Both the position numbers and the translations under genes were made by a program. A stretch of 64,000 nt of DNA from positions 62,001-126,000 of the forward strand of contig MU008225.1 of the NCBI GenBank assembly GCA_010909165.1, given 5' to 3'. Source of the DNA: Anthoceros angustus. Its lineage: Eukaryota; Plantae; Anthocerotophyta. Shown one piece after another: positions 11,690-24,779 of this stretch (its first letter is position 1; every line of letters begins with the position of its first letter). The notes under the pieces are model-generated. The model ran no database searches and was not told the origin of the DNA. It saw nothing but the letters and a program-made list of their open reading frames with translations.

Positions 11690-13412
11690 ATTTTCTATGG
11701 CACATGGATCTACATGTGTTCCTCTAACTCCTTCCTACTGTTTCCCAACTTTATCAAGAAAGGTCATACCATAGGCCTTGCTTTTGCGGAAGCTACATCC
11801 TTGGTGGCCGTGGTGGTACTCTCTCCTCTATGTAATCATACAAAGACTCCCTCCTCTTCCTTCGCAGAGTCCTCAACCGGACCAACGTGTGATGTGCATA
11901 GCTTAAGCCACAAAACCGGTTCAAAGATACAGCTCTCAAATCATCCCAATCCAACGGTGATGCAGCCCCATACGTGTGACTATACCACTGCTGGGCATGA
12001 CCTCGAAGTACTCTAGGAAAATTTCGGAGACAATCCACGATTGAGGCTTCCAAATTCGCATGAGTCATATGTTCAAAAGTTTGCACAAAAGCCTCAGCAT
12101 CTTCACCTTGTTTCTTCTCCCCAAATCTCCCATATTGCTGGCGGCTGTGGGGTGACTGACTTCCACCACCTCCACTTCCTCCACTCATGGTTGAGGGCGT
12201 CCACAAAACTGTGGGCACACCTCCCAAGACTCCCCTGTCCGAACAAATGTTGCTGCAAGCGGATGTACTATACAGACTTGGGCACACAAGCGCCTCGATC
12301 CTCTTAACAAGCAAGGTTGAAAGGGCAGCAAGATGGGCGTAATTGATCAAGACCTTGAAAGCTCACCATTAGATCTACCCCAACTTCTCCGCCAAATCTC
12401 ACCCTCTTGCCTTCCTCCTCTTGACGACCAACTCGAGCTAGAAGAGCTCAACAATCCACGCCAAAAAGTCCTCCTCTTGCAAGAGCGGAAGATGTACCTT
12501 GAAATTAGGCTCGGATTCTTGACCCTCACCCTTGATCGGCAACTCCTCGGCAACAACCTCCTTCCTCTCGCTGTCCGTGAGCACAACCTCCTCTTGCTCT
12601 TAGACAACTACCTCTTCTTCCTCAACGGAACCCTTGAAGATGTTAGCACATGTAGCTTCCTCAAGAGCTCTCTCCTCCTTCTTCCTTTGCATCAGCAACT
12701 AAGCTTTCTTCACACATGATTTCTCCATTCAGTTCACAAATCCCTTGCAGACAAAGGCGGGGTGATCTCCTCTCAACTCCTACGAAAATTACTTCCTCCC
12801 TCCCCGACTAGACTTCCGCACGCCCACACCTCAACACACAACTATCCAAAACAGCAAATCCCTCCTACTCCTGTTCCACTCATGTTGCTTGGTCCGGATG
12901 AGCTAGGCGAACTCACACTCCCTTCCTCTCCTGCAGTAAATTCTCCAACCAAAGTTCTCTGCAGAAGGGTGTCTGCAAAAGATTGGGGACGGTTGTGGGA
13001 TGGTGTCTCCCTAGGTGTGCGTCCCAAGATGAGCTGAGCGGTGATTCTATCAAGGCGCTCAAGATCTTGAGACCACACGAAATTCCCCGCTCACCCTCCT
13101 TCACTTCTGCTTGGAGTTGAGCTAGATCCACCACTCAAGGTCCAGCGTTGAGAAGGCCCAGTGCTGGTAGCTGAACTTGAATCGTGCTCCAGAAACGGTG
13201 CTTCCTCCTCGCTTTCCTCTTCACATACCAACTCCTCTTCAACCACCTCCTTTGTTTCGCTGTCGGTGATTTCGTCCCTTCTCGAGCGTTTTCTGCTGGA
13301 TCACTTGGCTCCCCCTTGTAGGCAAGGGACAAAACGGCCTCCTCCTCAAGCGCCCTTAGCTCTTCCTCCTCCCGGAGCCGCAACCACCGCTGCGTTTTCC
13401 TCCCTCCATTGA
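11690..13412 (-). pseudogene. gag: Retrotransposon gag-like ORF, frameshifted (copy 2)
   Basis: ORF 11793-12350: EDAEAFVQTFEH...VLRGHAQQWYS...WDDLRAVSLNRF...RESLYDYIEE. Confidence 0.75.
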
Positions 13413-13728
13413 TTTCTTCTTGCAGCTCTTAGATCTCTTGCGAACAGTGGGGTGACCTCCTATGGTTTTCTCCTCTCCCTCCCTCTGCTAGACATCGCAA
13501 GCATCCTCATAGCCTCCAAAACACGGTTGTTAAAGAAAAATCAGCCAACATGCGCCATTCTTGCTGAACACAAAATCACACCATTGGAGGCGTGAGCTCC
13601 TCCTTCACAACGCAGGGTTCCAGGACGTGTAGGCTTCTTCCTAGACCCCGCTCCACCTCCTTACAAGATCTTCTCAGCTCATCTGCAAGCTAGCAACGAA
13701 AATCTCAAAATTTCAATTGTCACCACAA

Positions 13729-13740
13729 GTCCCGGCGCCA
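13729..13740 (-). promoter_or_regulatory. PBS copy 2 (tRNA-Asp type, with a deletion)
   Basis: gtcccggcgcca followed by aaaaTGTGGGAGG, as at 3433-3460. Confidence 0.7.
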
Positions 13741-13744
13741 AAAA

Positions 13745-16700
13745 TGTGGGAGGAAAACCCGGGGCACTCCGAGATTCCCCTCTAGCGGCCACACTTATCC
13801 CATGTCGTCGTTGGGTTTCGTCCCATGAGACTTGGGAACGGTGATCTTGAGAAATCCGTCACTACTGCAGCTACACACTACCTCAGCCTTCTAAACAAGC
13901 AAGGCGCCCTCTCACGCTCCTCTACAGCAGCCGCCGTCGCTTTGCCGTAAACTCACCAAACCTCAACCTACAGCGACACCACACAATTGCGTGTTACGTC
14001 TTAACAAGGTGTCATCACGGGGACCCCGACCCACACCGCAACCGTCCCTACTCCTAAGACACTCTTCTCCACAGGGAGCGCCCTCTTACTTGCAGTTGGG
14101 ATTCGTCCCTTAGGCTCTGCACAGTGGCCTTAGTTTTCCTACACTCTAATCCTCCTCACAACTCTCTCAATCAACAACGCCCTCTTCTTCTCTACTCATC
14201 TACCCTTCCTTCCTCCACAATCTCCTACTCTAACACCAATTTGGCTCATTAATTCCAACTCGCCCTTACGGCACAGCCTGGGTCCGTCAAATTAACGAGT
14301 TCTTCCTTGGGCCGGTTGCTATGTGGTTTGTACCAGACAGCGAGAACCTCCAGGGAGTCTTTCCCTGCAGTCTACCCTCAAGCCGAGAGTTCCTTGAGCA
14401 TCGCCACACACTCAAAGCAAAACAATTCACACAGCAACCATTCACAAGGGGAGCAGCTAGCAGGGGCGCCTGCAAAGAGCAAGCCCTCCACCCAGCACTC
14501 CGACCGCCGCGTTCTCCCTCTCTACCAGACACTGCGTTGGCTTGCAGCCGGCACGAAATTCCTGCACAAAGTGAAGGACTCAGGAGGATGGGAGCGCAAG
14601 ACACGATAATTTTACTTCACAAGCTCCCTCCTTTTATAGGGAGGTCCTCACATACAGCCTCCCCCTGGCGCGCCCTCACAGCCTCCCACAGGCGCCCTCC
14701 GCACGCCTACTCCTAAGACACTCTTCTCCACAGGTGAGCGCCTACTTGCAGTTGGGATTCGTCCCTTAGGCTCACTGTGGCCTCCGCTTTTCCTACACTC
14801 TAATCCTCCTCACAACTCTCTCAATCAACAACGCCCTCTTCTTCTACTCATCTACCCTTCCTTCCTCCACAATCTCCTACTCTAACACCAATTGCTGGCT
14901 CATTAATTCCAACTCGCCCTTACGGCACTGCAGTCCGTCAGGAAATTAACGAGTTCTTCCTTGGGCGGTGTGGTTTGCACGCAGCGAGAACCTCCGAGTC
15001 TTCCAGTCTACCCTCAAGCCGAGAGTTCCTTGAGCATCGCCACACACTCAAAGCAAAACAATTCACAACCATTCACAAGGGGAGCGGTGGGGCACTGCAA
15101 GAGCAAGCCCTCCACCCGACTCCGACCGCGTTCTCCTCTCTACCAGACCTGCGTTGGCTTGCGGCACGAAATTCTGCACAAAGTGAAGGACTCGGGAGGA
15201 TGGGAGCGCAAGACACGATAATTTTACTTCACAAGCTCCCTCCTTTTATAGGGAGGTCCTCACATACCTGCCCACAGGCGCCCTCCGGCACCGCCTTACT
15301 CCTTATTTTAGTGTATCCTATTGTCGACTTTAAGTTCGACATCCAAGCATCTTGGGTAAAATTCTATTCTAGCAAATTCACCTATGTGAGCCTTAATGGC
15401 TCTGTCAACATTCCTATCTAGCTAGTCAACACACTCTCTGACAAGCATTAATGTCCTCCTCTAAAGAAAAGTCTTCCCAAGTGGCATCTTGCCCCATGTC
15501 TTCAAGCTAATTTAAGGACTTCTTATGAATCCCTTCCTTATCTTGATGCCTATCTTGAGTTCCTTCCTCCAATAAAATAGCCGGGCTCTCTTAGCCTTGG
15601 CTCATCCTCGACTTCTCCTCTTCCTCTCACTTGTGGAGCAAGTGAGCTCCTTGCTCCTGCACCCATGTTAGGAGGTTGGTCTTCTCCTTGTGATTCTTGC
15701 TCCATTCTGCAAGATCAACCCCCTCTTCCTTCTTTCCTGCAAGGGCCAAGGTACTCGCCTCCCTTGCCGTCAAATCCATGCTAGCAGCCTTTGAATCCGC
15801 CGCTTCTTCCGGCCCTCCTACCATGGTAGGACCTTCTCCTACCGGTAGGAGTCCCTCTCGGTAGGAACTCCTCCTACCACGGTAGGAGTTCCACTGGGTC
15901 GTTTCTTCTTCCTTACCCCTTCACAGGGTGATTCTCTCCCCTGAAGCTTCCCGCTTCACTTGCTTCTCCAGTGCGAAGTTTCTCCACCCTGCTTGGGACA
16001 CTCTCCAAGTCTAAGGCTTCGGTTGGACTTGCATGAGGGCCTCCCTATCATCGTCATGAGGTCCCAACATCCTCCTTTCAGCAAGTCGCAACAACTCGTT
16101 AGTGGCCTTGAGCACCTTGTTGTGAAGATGGGGCGCAAATCGTTGTTGTGCCATCTCCAATTCTTCGTAATCCTCAAGCCATACTCCATGCTCACACTTG
16201 CTTTTGTAAGCATCTCGCTCAAGGCCAGCTCACCGGTCTTGACATGGAGAGCCACATTCTCCGTCCTCTCATTCTGCTTGGCGGATCAATCTCTCTTGTA
16301 GGGCATAATCAGCCGAAATCTCTCCCTCACCGCCAACATATGCTGCACCACCGCCTCATGGCCTTTCTCCTTTGCCATTTCTTCCTCCAACTCCCCTATC
16401 CTCCTAGGGAGTTGTGCATTCTCCGTTCTTTGGACTTCTCGTTCCATTTCCAATCTTTGGACAAAATGTGTCCGTTCTTCCAGCTCTTCTTCCTTCAATT
16501 CCAGCCTCGTGGATTTCTCCCAGCTCCTTTTCCATGTCACTAATCTTCACTTGTGGCTATGACCCGCTCATGTGCGCCTACTTGCCTTTGTCTTTGCCCT
16601 CATTTCTTTGCAGATTGCTCTCTCTTGTAGGGCATAATCAGCCGAAATCTCTCCCTCACCGCCAACATCTTTACCGCCTCTGACGGCCTTTCTCCTTTGC

Positions 16701-19700
16701 CATTTCTTCCTCCAACTCCCTATCCTCCTAGGGAGTTGTGCATTCTCCGTTCTTTGGACTTCTCGTTCCATTTCCAATCTTTGGACAAAATGTGTCCGTT
16801 CTTCCAGCTCTTCTTCCTTCAATTCCAGCCTCGTGGATTTCTCCCAGCTCCTTTTCCATGTCACTAATCACGCTGTGTGTGACCCGCTCATGTGCGCCTA
16901 CTTGCCTTTGTCTTTGCCCTCATTTCTTTGCAGATTGCTCTCGTCTTGACCTTTCCTCCATTAGCAGCACTTGCTTGTCTTGCCTTCTTTTCCCATGCGC
17001 ACCATGTGAGCAAGTTGCTCCACCTTCTCCTCTCGAGCTGCCAATTGCTTGGTAAGAGCCTTGTTCTCCGAATATGATTGTTTGCCTCTAGCCTTGTTTC
17101 AAGACTCTTTTCCAAGTGCTCCACTTGAGCTTCCATCCTCATAACATCCTCCACTGGGTTTCCGCTCGCCTACCCGCAATTTCCCTTGCTTGGTAGGTCC
17201 TTGTCTTCTCCGCCTCCGTCTTCAAGAATTCAACTCTCCTCTTGGCGGCTCCTATCTACCTTTGAACATCTCCCCTATGCATCCTCCAACATGTCTAAGT
17301 CTCCTTTCTTACCTCAGGAGACTCAAGGCCTTTGCCTTGCTCATGGGATCTTACATCCCTTGCTTCCCTATGATGAGCTCCCGCTCATCACTTGGTGGGC
17401 AACTCCTCCCACCGTGACTCCATCCGCTCGCCCACCTAGCAGGGCCGGTTGCCTTCTTATCTCCTCTTGGGAGCTTCCAAACCGTGACTTCCTTTTCCCT
17501 CCTACCGTGGTAGGAGGTGCTCCACCAGGACTACTTCCTACCGTGGTAGGACTAATTCACCGTAGGTCTTGTCATGAGAGGACGAAGGGGTCCCAAACCC
17601 GTGGGAACACCTCCCACCCTCGCAGCGGGATTCGCCATGGTAGGATCTATCCTACCTTCCATCTCCGCATCCTCCGGTCCAAACTTCAAATCCCCTACAA
17701 CTTCTCCTTGCAAGTCCTCCTGCATCCTCCGCCCCTATCTTTCGGAGGATTCCTTCCGGCAATAATGTCGGTGGTGCTGCGGCACCTCCTTTAGCGCAAA
17801 GCACCAAGCACTCCTGTCCCTCTCACGGTGTAAGTACACAATGTTAAAGGGATGCTTGGAATCATCCAACTCCTTACTTGTGAGTAGCCCTCTACTTCCC
17901 ACAAATGCACTAGATAAGTGCTAAGATAGCACGGCCTTGACTCCTTCATCGTTGGGTTTCGCTCGCCTACCAATTTCCCTTGCTTGGTAGGTCCTTGTCT
18001 TCTCCCTCCGTCTTCAAGAATTCAACTCTCCTCTTGGCGGCTCCCTGTCTACCTTCTGAACATCTCCCCTATGCGCGCATCTCCTCCAACATGTCCAAGT
18101 CTCCTTTCTTACCTCCGGAGACTCAAGGCCTTTGCCTTGCTCATGGGATCTTACATCCCTTGCTTCCCTATGATGAGCTCCCGCTCATCACTTGGTGGGC
18201 AACTCCTCCCACCGTGACTCCATCCTCGCCCACCTAGCAGGGCCGGTTGCCTTCTTATCTCCCGGCTTGGGAGCTTCCAAACCGTGACTTCCTTTTCCCT
18301 CCTACCGTGGTAGGAGGTGCTCCCAGGACTACTACCGTGGTAGGACTAATTCTGCCCGTGGGCCTTGTCATGAGAGGGAAGGGGTCCCAAACCGTGGGAA
18401 CACCTCCCACCCCCCCGAGATTCCTGCCATGGTAGGATCTATCCTACCTTCCATCTCCGCATCCTCCGGTCCAAACTTCAAATCCCCTACAACTTCTCCT
18501 TGCAAGTCCTCCTGCATCCTCGGCCTATCTTTGGAGGATTCCTTCCGGCAATAATGTCCGGTGGTGCTGGCACCTCAAGCTACAAAGCACCAAGCACTCC
18601 TGTCCCTCTGGTCAGTACACAATGTTAAAGGGATGCTTGGAATCATCCAACTCCTTACTTGTGAGTAGCCCTCTACTTCCCACAAATGCACTAGATAAGT
18701 GCTAAGATAGCCATGGTGGGGCATCTTCATCCGGCGTTGGGTTTTGACAACTTCTCCGGTGGTAGGTGTATGCTTCATACATGATGAGCCCCAATCCGGC
18801 TTCGCTCCTTGAGTGATCTTCCATAGAAAATGGAGGAAGGTAGTGCTGAAATATGACACCCTTGGATTGCTCACCAAGCCCAAAACAATTCTTGTGAACA
18901 ATCTCCACTTGGGCTCCAAGATTTGGTCCGTCCGCCAACCGTTCTTGGACTTAGCCTTCATGCCCCTTGCATAAGTGTAAGGGCTCCCTTGGGAAGATCC
19001 GCCGTTGATGCACGCTTGCCTCCTCGTTCCTTCCATCAACGTGATTCCGCTATCCTCGCTATCCGCCGCCATATACAGCGTATGCTCCTTACTCCAACAC
19101 CGTGGATCCGTCCGTGCGTTCTATCCGGTAAGGCGGCCAATTCCTCTCCGTCACGTAAATTAGCAAAACACTCCTCTATCAATTCAAGGTTGGTGTAAGA
19201 CCAATGCCCATACACCCACTCTAATGAATATTCTCCTCTGCCCAAGGTCGAAAGTCGAAAGGTCTCTAGAGGATAGCTGGCTGCATAGCACGTAAATAAG
19301 GCATGTCAAATTTCCACCCTCGGTCTGATCCTCGCCTTAGACCTCTTGCGCTCCTGCGCCACCTCCTTGGTGGACGCTCCTTCCTTAGCTACTACCTCCT
19401 TGCCCTTGGTCATGGTAGGCTTGGTCATGGCCTCCTTGGTTAGTACTTGCGAAATTGAAGAAAAGTGATGCCTCTCAGCAATTCCTGCGGCTCCGACTTC
19501 TATCCTTGCAAGCGTTTCTCCTCCTCGGTGATTTGCTCTTGCTCACAGCTCAAAGGTCCTTGCCCTTGCTCTCCTCCTGCAGTCCTTACACCTTGGTCTA
19601 AATTGCAAGAGAAAGCTCACCAAAATTCCCCGGACTCTCTACAGCAAAGGAGCCCTTCCTTAGCTACTACCTCCTTGCCCTTGCTCTCCTCCTAGGCACC

Positions 19701-21146
19701 CTCATGAGCTTGATTTGCTCTTCTCCCTCTCTTCTTCCTCAATTCCTCCTTCTTTCTCTTGGGCGCTGGACTTCCACCTCCTGCAGACGCCCTTCTTCTT
19801 CACCTTGCCACAAGCCACCTGGCCTTGCACCTAGCCTTCAAGCACCAAGCAAAGATTTGACCTCCTTCCTTAGCTACTACCTCCTTGCCCTTGGCTTGGT
19901 CATGGCCTCCTTGGTTAGTGCACACGATTGAAGAAAAGTGATGCCTCTCACACATTCCTGCAGACCGACTTCTATCCTTGCAAACGTTTCTCCTCCTCGA
20001 TTTGCTCTTGCTCACAGCTCAAAGGTCCTTGCCCTTGCTCTCCTCCTGCAGTCCTTACACCTTGGCGTCCCCGAAACCCGATTTCTCCTGAGAAAGCTCA
20101 CCAAAATTCCCCGGACTCTTACACACACAGCAATTTAGGAGCCCTTCCTTCACGGTTTCCTAGCAATCTTGCCACGCCCACCCTCCTACCCTCACGAGCT
20201 TGGCAAGTGTTGGGTTGCCCCAACCTTCTTCTTCTTCCTCTTCTTCCTCAATTCCTCCTTCTTCCTCTCTTGGCGTCCTGCTGCCTTTTCTCCTCCGTTG
20301 CCCAACTTGCCTCCTCTCAGCTCGTGCGGTACGGGCGTTGCTGTATGGGGGCCTTAAGCTTGAGGTGTGGCGCCTTCTGCCGTGGAGGCCTCCTCAAGTT
20401 TCGAGTTGTGGCCTCCTGCAGCACTGCAGCCACTTTTATAAGTCACCCAAGGGTTAGAAAAGTAACTACCATTCTATCCTGCCCTTGGATGTGTGCCACG
20501 TGGCCCCTTTCTCACCATTGATGTTAGTTTCCTAATTCCTTATACTAAAATACCATTTCCCTATTTTCTAATTTCTAATTACTGAAAATTAGCCTCTAAT
20601 TTCTTAATTACCTATTTTGGCCTATTTATCTAGTCCACTAAAAGACTCTATATAGCAAGCCTATCCTGCCTAAAACATAAGCTACTTTCCTTAGCAACCT
20701 ATCTCCCACCGTGGTAGGACATCCTCCTACCATGGTAGGCGTTTTCCCTTTCTCCTACCACGGTAGGAGTTACTCCCACGGTAGGATACCTTCCTACCCT
20801 CTCCTACCATGGTAGGAGCTATTCCTACAGGTAGGTGATCAAAACACTAGCAGGGTTTCTCCTGGTGGTAGGATCTCTCCTACCCTCGTCTACCATGGTA
20901 GGAGTTTCTCCTACGGTAGGACACCTCCTACCACTCATGTAGGTTACCTTTTCTCCTCACCAGAGGTCGTTTTGACCCGTTTCTTTTCCTGCATATCCTC
21001 TTTGCCTTCCCGACATGGTCCTACAACTCCCGCTCAAAAGGAGCAAAAATTTCCTTGCATGTCTTCACCAAACCATTTCTAGCAAAGAGTGTGGGCTGTT
21101 TCAAAAGCGAACTCATTTAAGCTTGTTGCCCAAACTTTATGCTCCA
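13745..21146 (-). repeat. Giant LTR copy 2 (~7.4 kb including several local duplications)
   Basis: Collinear with 3455-9065, with extra duplicated blocks at ~14700-15290, 16620-16930, 17955-18710 and 19660-20110. Confidence 0.8.
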
Positions 21147-21148
21147 TG

Positions 21149-21800
21149 CTGTGGAATTGTTTTGCTTTGAGTGTGGCGATGCTCAAGGAACTTGGCTTGA
21201 GGGTAGACTCGGAAAGACTGGAGGTTCTGCAACCTGCACAAACCACATAGCAACCGGCCCAAGGAAGAACTCATTGATTTTTGGGACGACCTCTGTGCGC
21301 CAGCTATAGAGGAATTAATGAGCCAAACGGTGTTAGAGTAGAGATCGTGGAAAAAGATTAGATGAGTAGAGAAGAGGAGAGCGATGAGAAGGTTGTGAAG
21401 AAGATTAGAGTGTAGGAAAAGTGGAAGGCCAAAGAGCCCACGGACTAATCCCAAATCAGAGTAAGAGGGCCTTGTGGAGAAGTCGGTCTTAGAGGGACAA
21501 AATCTGTGTCGTGGGGTCCGGGCGCCGTGCACTTCCTGCTAAGGCATGACCCGTGAATTGTGTTGTGTCGAAGGTCCAGGAATTAGCATTCCCGAGCGGT
21601 GGTGCAGATGCTGTATGGGGAAGAGAGTAGTGGGCGCCTTGCTTGTTGAGGAGGCTGAGGTAGTGTGTAGATGTAGGCAATAATTGATCTCCTAAGATTC
21701 GACCGTTCACACAAGTCTCATGGAACGAAACCCAACGTATGAAACGCAGGACAAGTGTGCCACTAGAGGTGAATCTTGAAGCCCTGGATTTTCCTCCACA
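21149..21800 (+). repeat. 3' part of an older, diverged sister LTR in the opposite orientation
   Basis: Diverged reverse complement of ~3455-4135. It ends TTTTCCTCCACA with no PBS following. Confidence 0.75.
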
Positions 21801-22454
21801 AGCATCTTGTAGTACAATAATAGGGACTCTTGCAGTACTCTCTTCCCTGTGGATTCCTCCAGGGATCAAAAGCATCATTCACTTTAAAAACATGCACACT
21901 GACAACAATTCACAAAAACTCTGAATTCCAACTCACATGGTTAGGCAATAACCAAATCATGAACACTAGGGAGCCTACATCTTTTTTACCTCAGCTACAT
22001 GTGCCTCTATTTGATAATCCCTAGGCCGACGGCATGCACATGTCCTTTTTTCTACCAACTTGAGAGCATTGCCAAGAGGGGCTATTGTATAAGCAAAAGT
22101 AATAGGAGCCGACATATTTTTTATCCCAGCTACAAGTGCCCTTGTTTGATAACACCTAGGCCGACTGCATGCACATGCCCTTTCCTACTGACTTGAGCTC
22201 ATTGCGAAAAGAGGCTTTTTTACAAGTGTGGAGGTACTTCGCAACGGCCAATGAAAGCGGGCACTAATCCTCGCAGGTAGTATGGGGTCTGGGTTCCAAG
22301 GGAATGACCTTCCGCTTTTACTATTTTCCTCCCGATGCCTAACTTGCTCCCGCCATTCGATCGGAAACTCTTCAAGCAATCCCATGTCATGGGAGGGAGA
22401 GGGGACGGGGAGGGGGACGTGGGGAGGATGGTTCATGAAGTCACAACCTCTCGC

Positions 22455-22891
22455 GGATACTACTAGGGTGAGCGCCGAATACCCAAGCGTAGCACGAGAC
22501 GGCACTCAAGGTATCAATCTACCCTTCCAACAAACCGGACCGAGTACGTACTACCCTTCGTACCATCAGCGCAAGATAACAATCCGGAGCCAATGTACCA
22601 GATTGCCTACTTTGTAATCAGAGAATCATAGTCAGGTAGCAAAACATAGCAAATGGGATAGTAGAAAGCTGCAAAAAGAGTTGTATGCATTGATTATAAT
22701 AGAAAGTACAAAGCCTTTATATAGGCTAGGTGGTTATAACCATAAGGTGGTTGTAACCATAAGTAGTTCTAACCTCTAAGTGGTTGTAACAACTAACTAC
22801 TAAATAAACTACCTAAAGCCCTAAGAACTAAATTAATTAATAGTCTTAGGTGCCCTAGTGAAGAGTGCCCTAAATAGGTCATATTTCATCA
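22455..22891 (-). repeat. Probable ~440 bp LTR of a different family (possibly the 3' LTR of the copia element)
   Basis: Minus strand GAGTGGGAG (PPT-like) then TGATGAAAT..., with internal CCTATATAAAGG and short repeats. The far boundary is approximate. Confidence 0.5.
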
Positions 22892-24779
22892 CTCCCACTC
22901 ACTATGAACTAGGTGTGAAGAAATAGCTTCAAAATGAGACTAAAAGGCTAGTTAGCTCCCACTAACTTGAAAGCTATCCGCTAACTAAGAAAACAATTAA
23001 AAACTGGCTTAAGTTACATTTAAGCAGAATTTAATGTAATCAAAATTAATTACCAAAACTTAATTAGAAATGGTAAATTCCTAAACAAGGTAAAAGATAA
23101 AAGTAAAACTTAAACTAGGTTAATCTTAGTAAAACCATAGGTAAAAGTTAAAAAAACTTAAAGAGGTAAAATGAAACCCATTAATGAGCGCCCGGCCATA
23201 TGATGCTGATGCCATGGGGGGGCACCAATGTACCCTCATACGGTTTTATTCCTCCTCCTCCTCCTCCTCGCTCCCGCCTCCCCGCTCATGAAGCAAGAGC
23301 GGCAGGCATGGCGCGGGCGCGGCCGGGGGGCGCGGCTCAGCGCCCAGTGGGCGCGCGCGCCCGCCACACATGTACTCGATCCGTGCGGCGCCGAGGCCTG
23401 AAGAATGGGTGCCTGCAGCGGGAAAAGAAATTGGGAGGGGCCCCCTGGGAGGATCGCGCCTCGAGAGCAGACCCCCAGGGTGATCCTCACCCGCCTCTAA
23501 ATGGATTCCAACCTTGTTGAGAGCCCACCACGTTTCGTGGTAGGAAGTCTGCAGCTCGTAGATGTTGAAGTCACGGGAGAGGTGGAATTTGCCTCGCAGC
23601 CAAGATCGCCAATTGATGTGTGAGTGCTGCCATATGCGGGAGTACTCACCCAAGCCGGGAAATTAGAAAGATGCCTCTTGTCTCTTGTCTCAATGTCTCA
23701 AAAGTGCTGCCAATCCCAAGCCAACATGCTCCAATCGCAAGATGTCGTCACCAGCTTGTGTGATGAGAGATCGTCGAGGAAGATTCAAAGGTTCTGTGGA
23801 GAAGAAATCAGAGATTGTTCTCTCCGATTCAAGTGCCTGGAAGAATCTTCATTGAAGGGCTTCCGCCGATGGAGAGGCTGAAATCTCAAGTAAGATGTGT
23901 GTAGCAAGGCATTCCTCCGTGAAGGGAGGCACCTTGGAGGGATGCCCCCTTTTTGTAAGGGAGAGGCAGTTGTAAGCCCGCTTTGTGGGCATCTTCAAAT
24001 GACCATTTTCCAGTTCAAAAATATTAATTGTGATGAATTTTCTGATACTATTTTCGCAGATTTATGTATGGAAAATTATGGGAAAAAGGAAAATGAAATG
24101 AAAATGAAGAAAATGAGAAAATGAAAAGGTAGACATGCTTTTGTGATTCTAAAAGGTGTTCTAACTTATTTTCTCTTGCTAAAACTTGCCCATTTTAGGT
24201 TTCTTTCCGCCCAAGACATATAGGATAACATAGGGTTCTCGAAGCCCGCATATATCCCAAGGGTGATGATGTGAAGCTCATCTATATAATCACTAATATG
24301 AAAGGGAGAGCGGGCCGACGTACACCATGCTCCTATGTTTGCCGTGAAACTAAGATACATGATAAAGGTTATGTATGCTTGTGAAGAATTTCCGCATATG
24401 ATCCATGTCTATCGAGTATTCGAGGTTAAGAAAATATGGAAAAGTTTTAATTAGCAAAATATTATTTAATATTTTAATATTATTTTCTAGACCTCAACTA
24501 TGTATGAAGGAGAGGACGAGATAAGGCCTATGTTGAGATTGAGGATGATTGTTCAAGACTTAGAATAGAATATTGGACTAGTTTTTAAGGTTATCTCAAG
24601 TAGACCAATTTAGTGCTAGGATGAACTATAGGTCGGAGGCTTAGACATGTGTCCAATATACCTAAACATTTCATATGTTTTGTGCGCTCAATGCCTAGTG
24701 ACTTTGTTAATAAATCATTATCTAAAGTTTGAACATAACTAATATCTATAGTTTTATCCTCTATTTTCTCTCAATGATA

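Larger units (their letters stand above)
1..21146 (-). mobile_element. Tandem of non-autonomous Ty3/gypsy (Athila-like) LTR retrotransposons sharing an LTR: LTR(21146-13745)-internal-LTR(9065-3455)-internal (runs off window start)
   Basis: 1-9065 is repeated at ~10090-21146. A PBS follows each LTR on the minus strand, a PPT precedes the middle LTR, and gag and integrase fragments lie in the internal part. Confidence 0.85.

Noticed and set aside
149-21100. Plus-strand ORFs in the retroelement block (e.g. 149-757, 7423-7971, 17186-17794)
   Set aside because: S/L/P/F-rich shadows of purine-rich minus-strand coding sequence.
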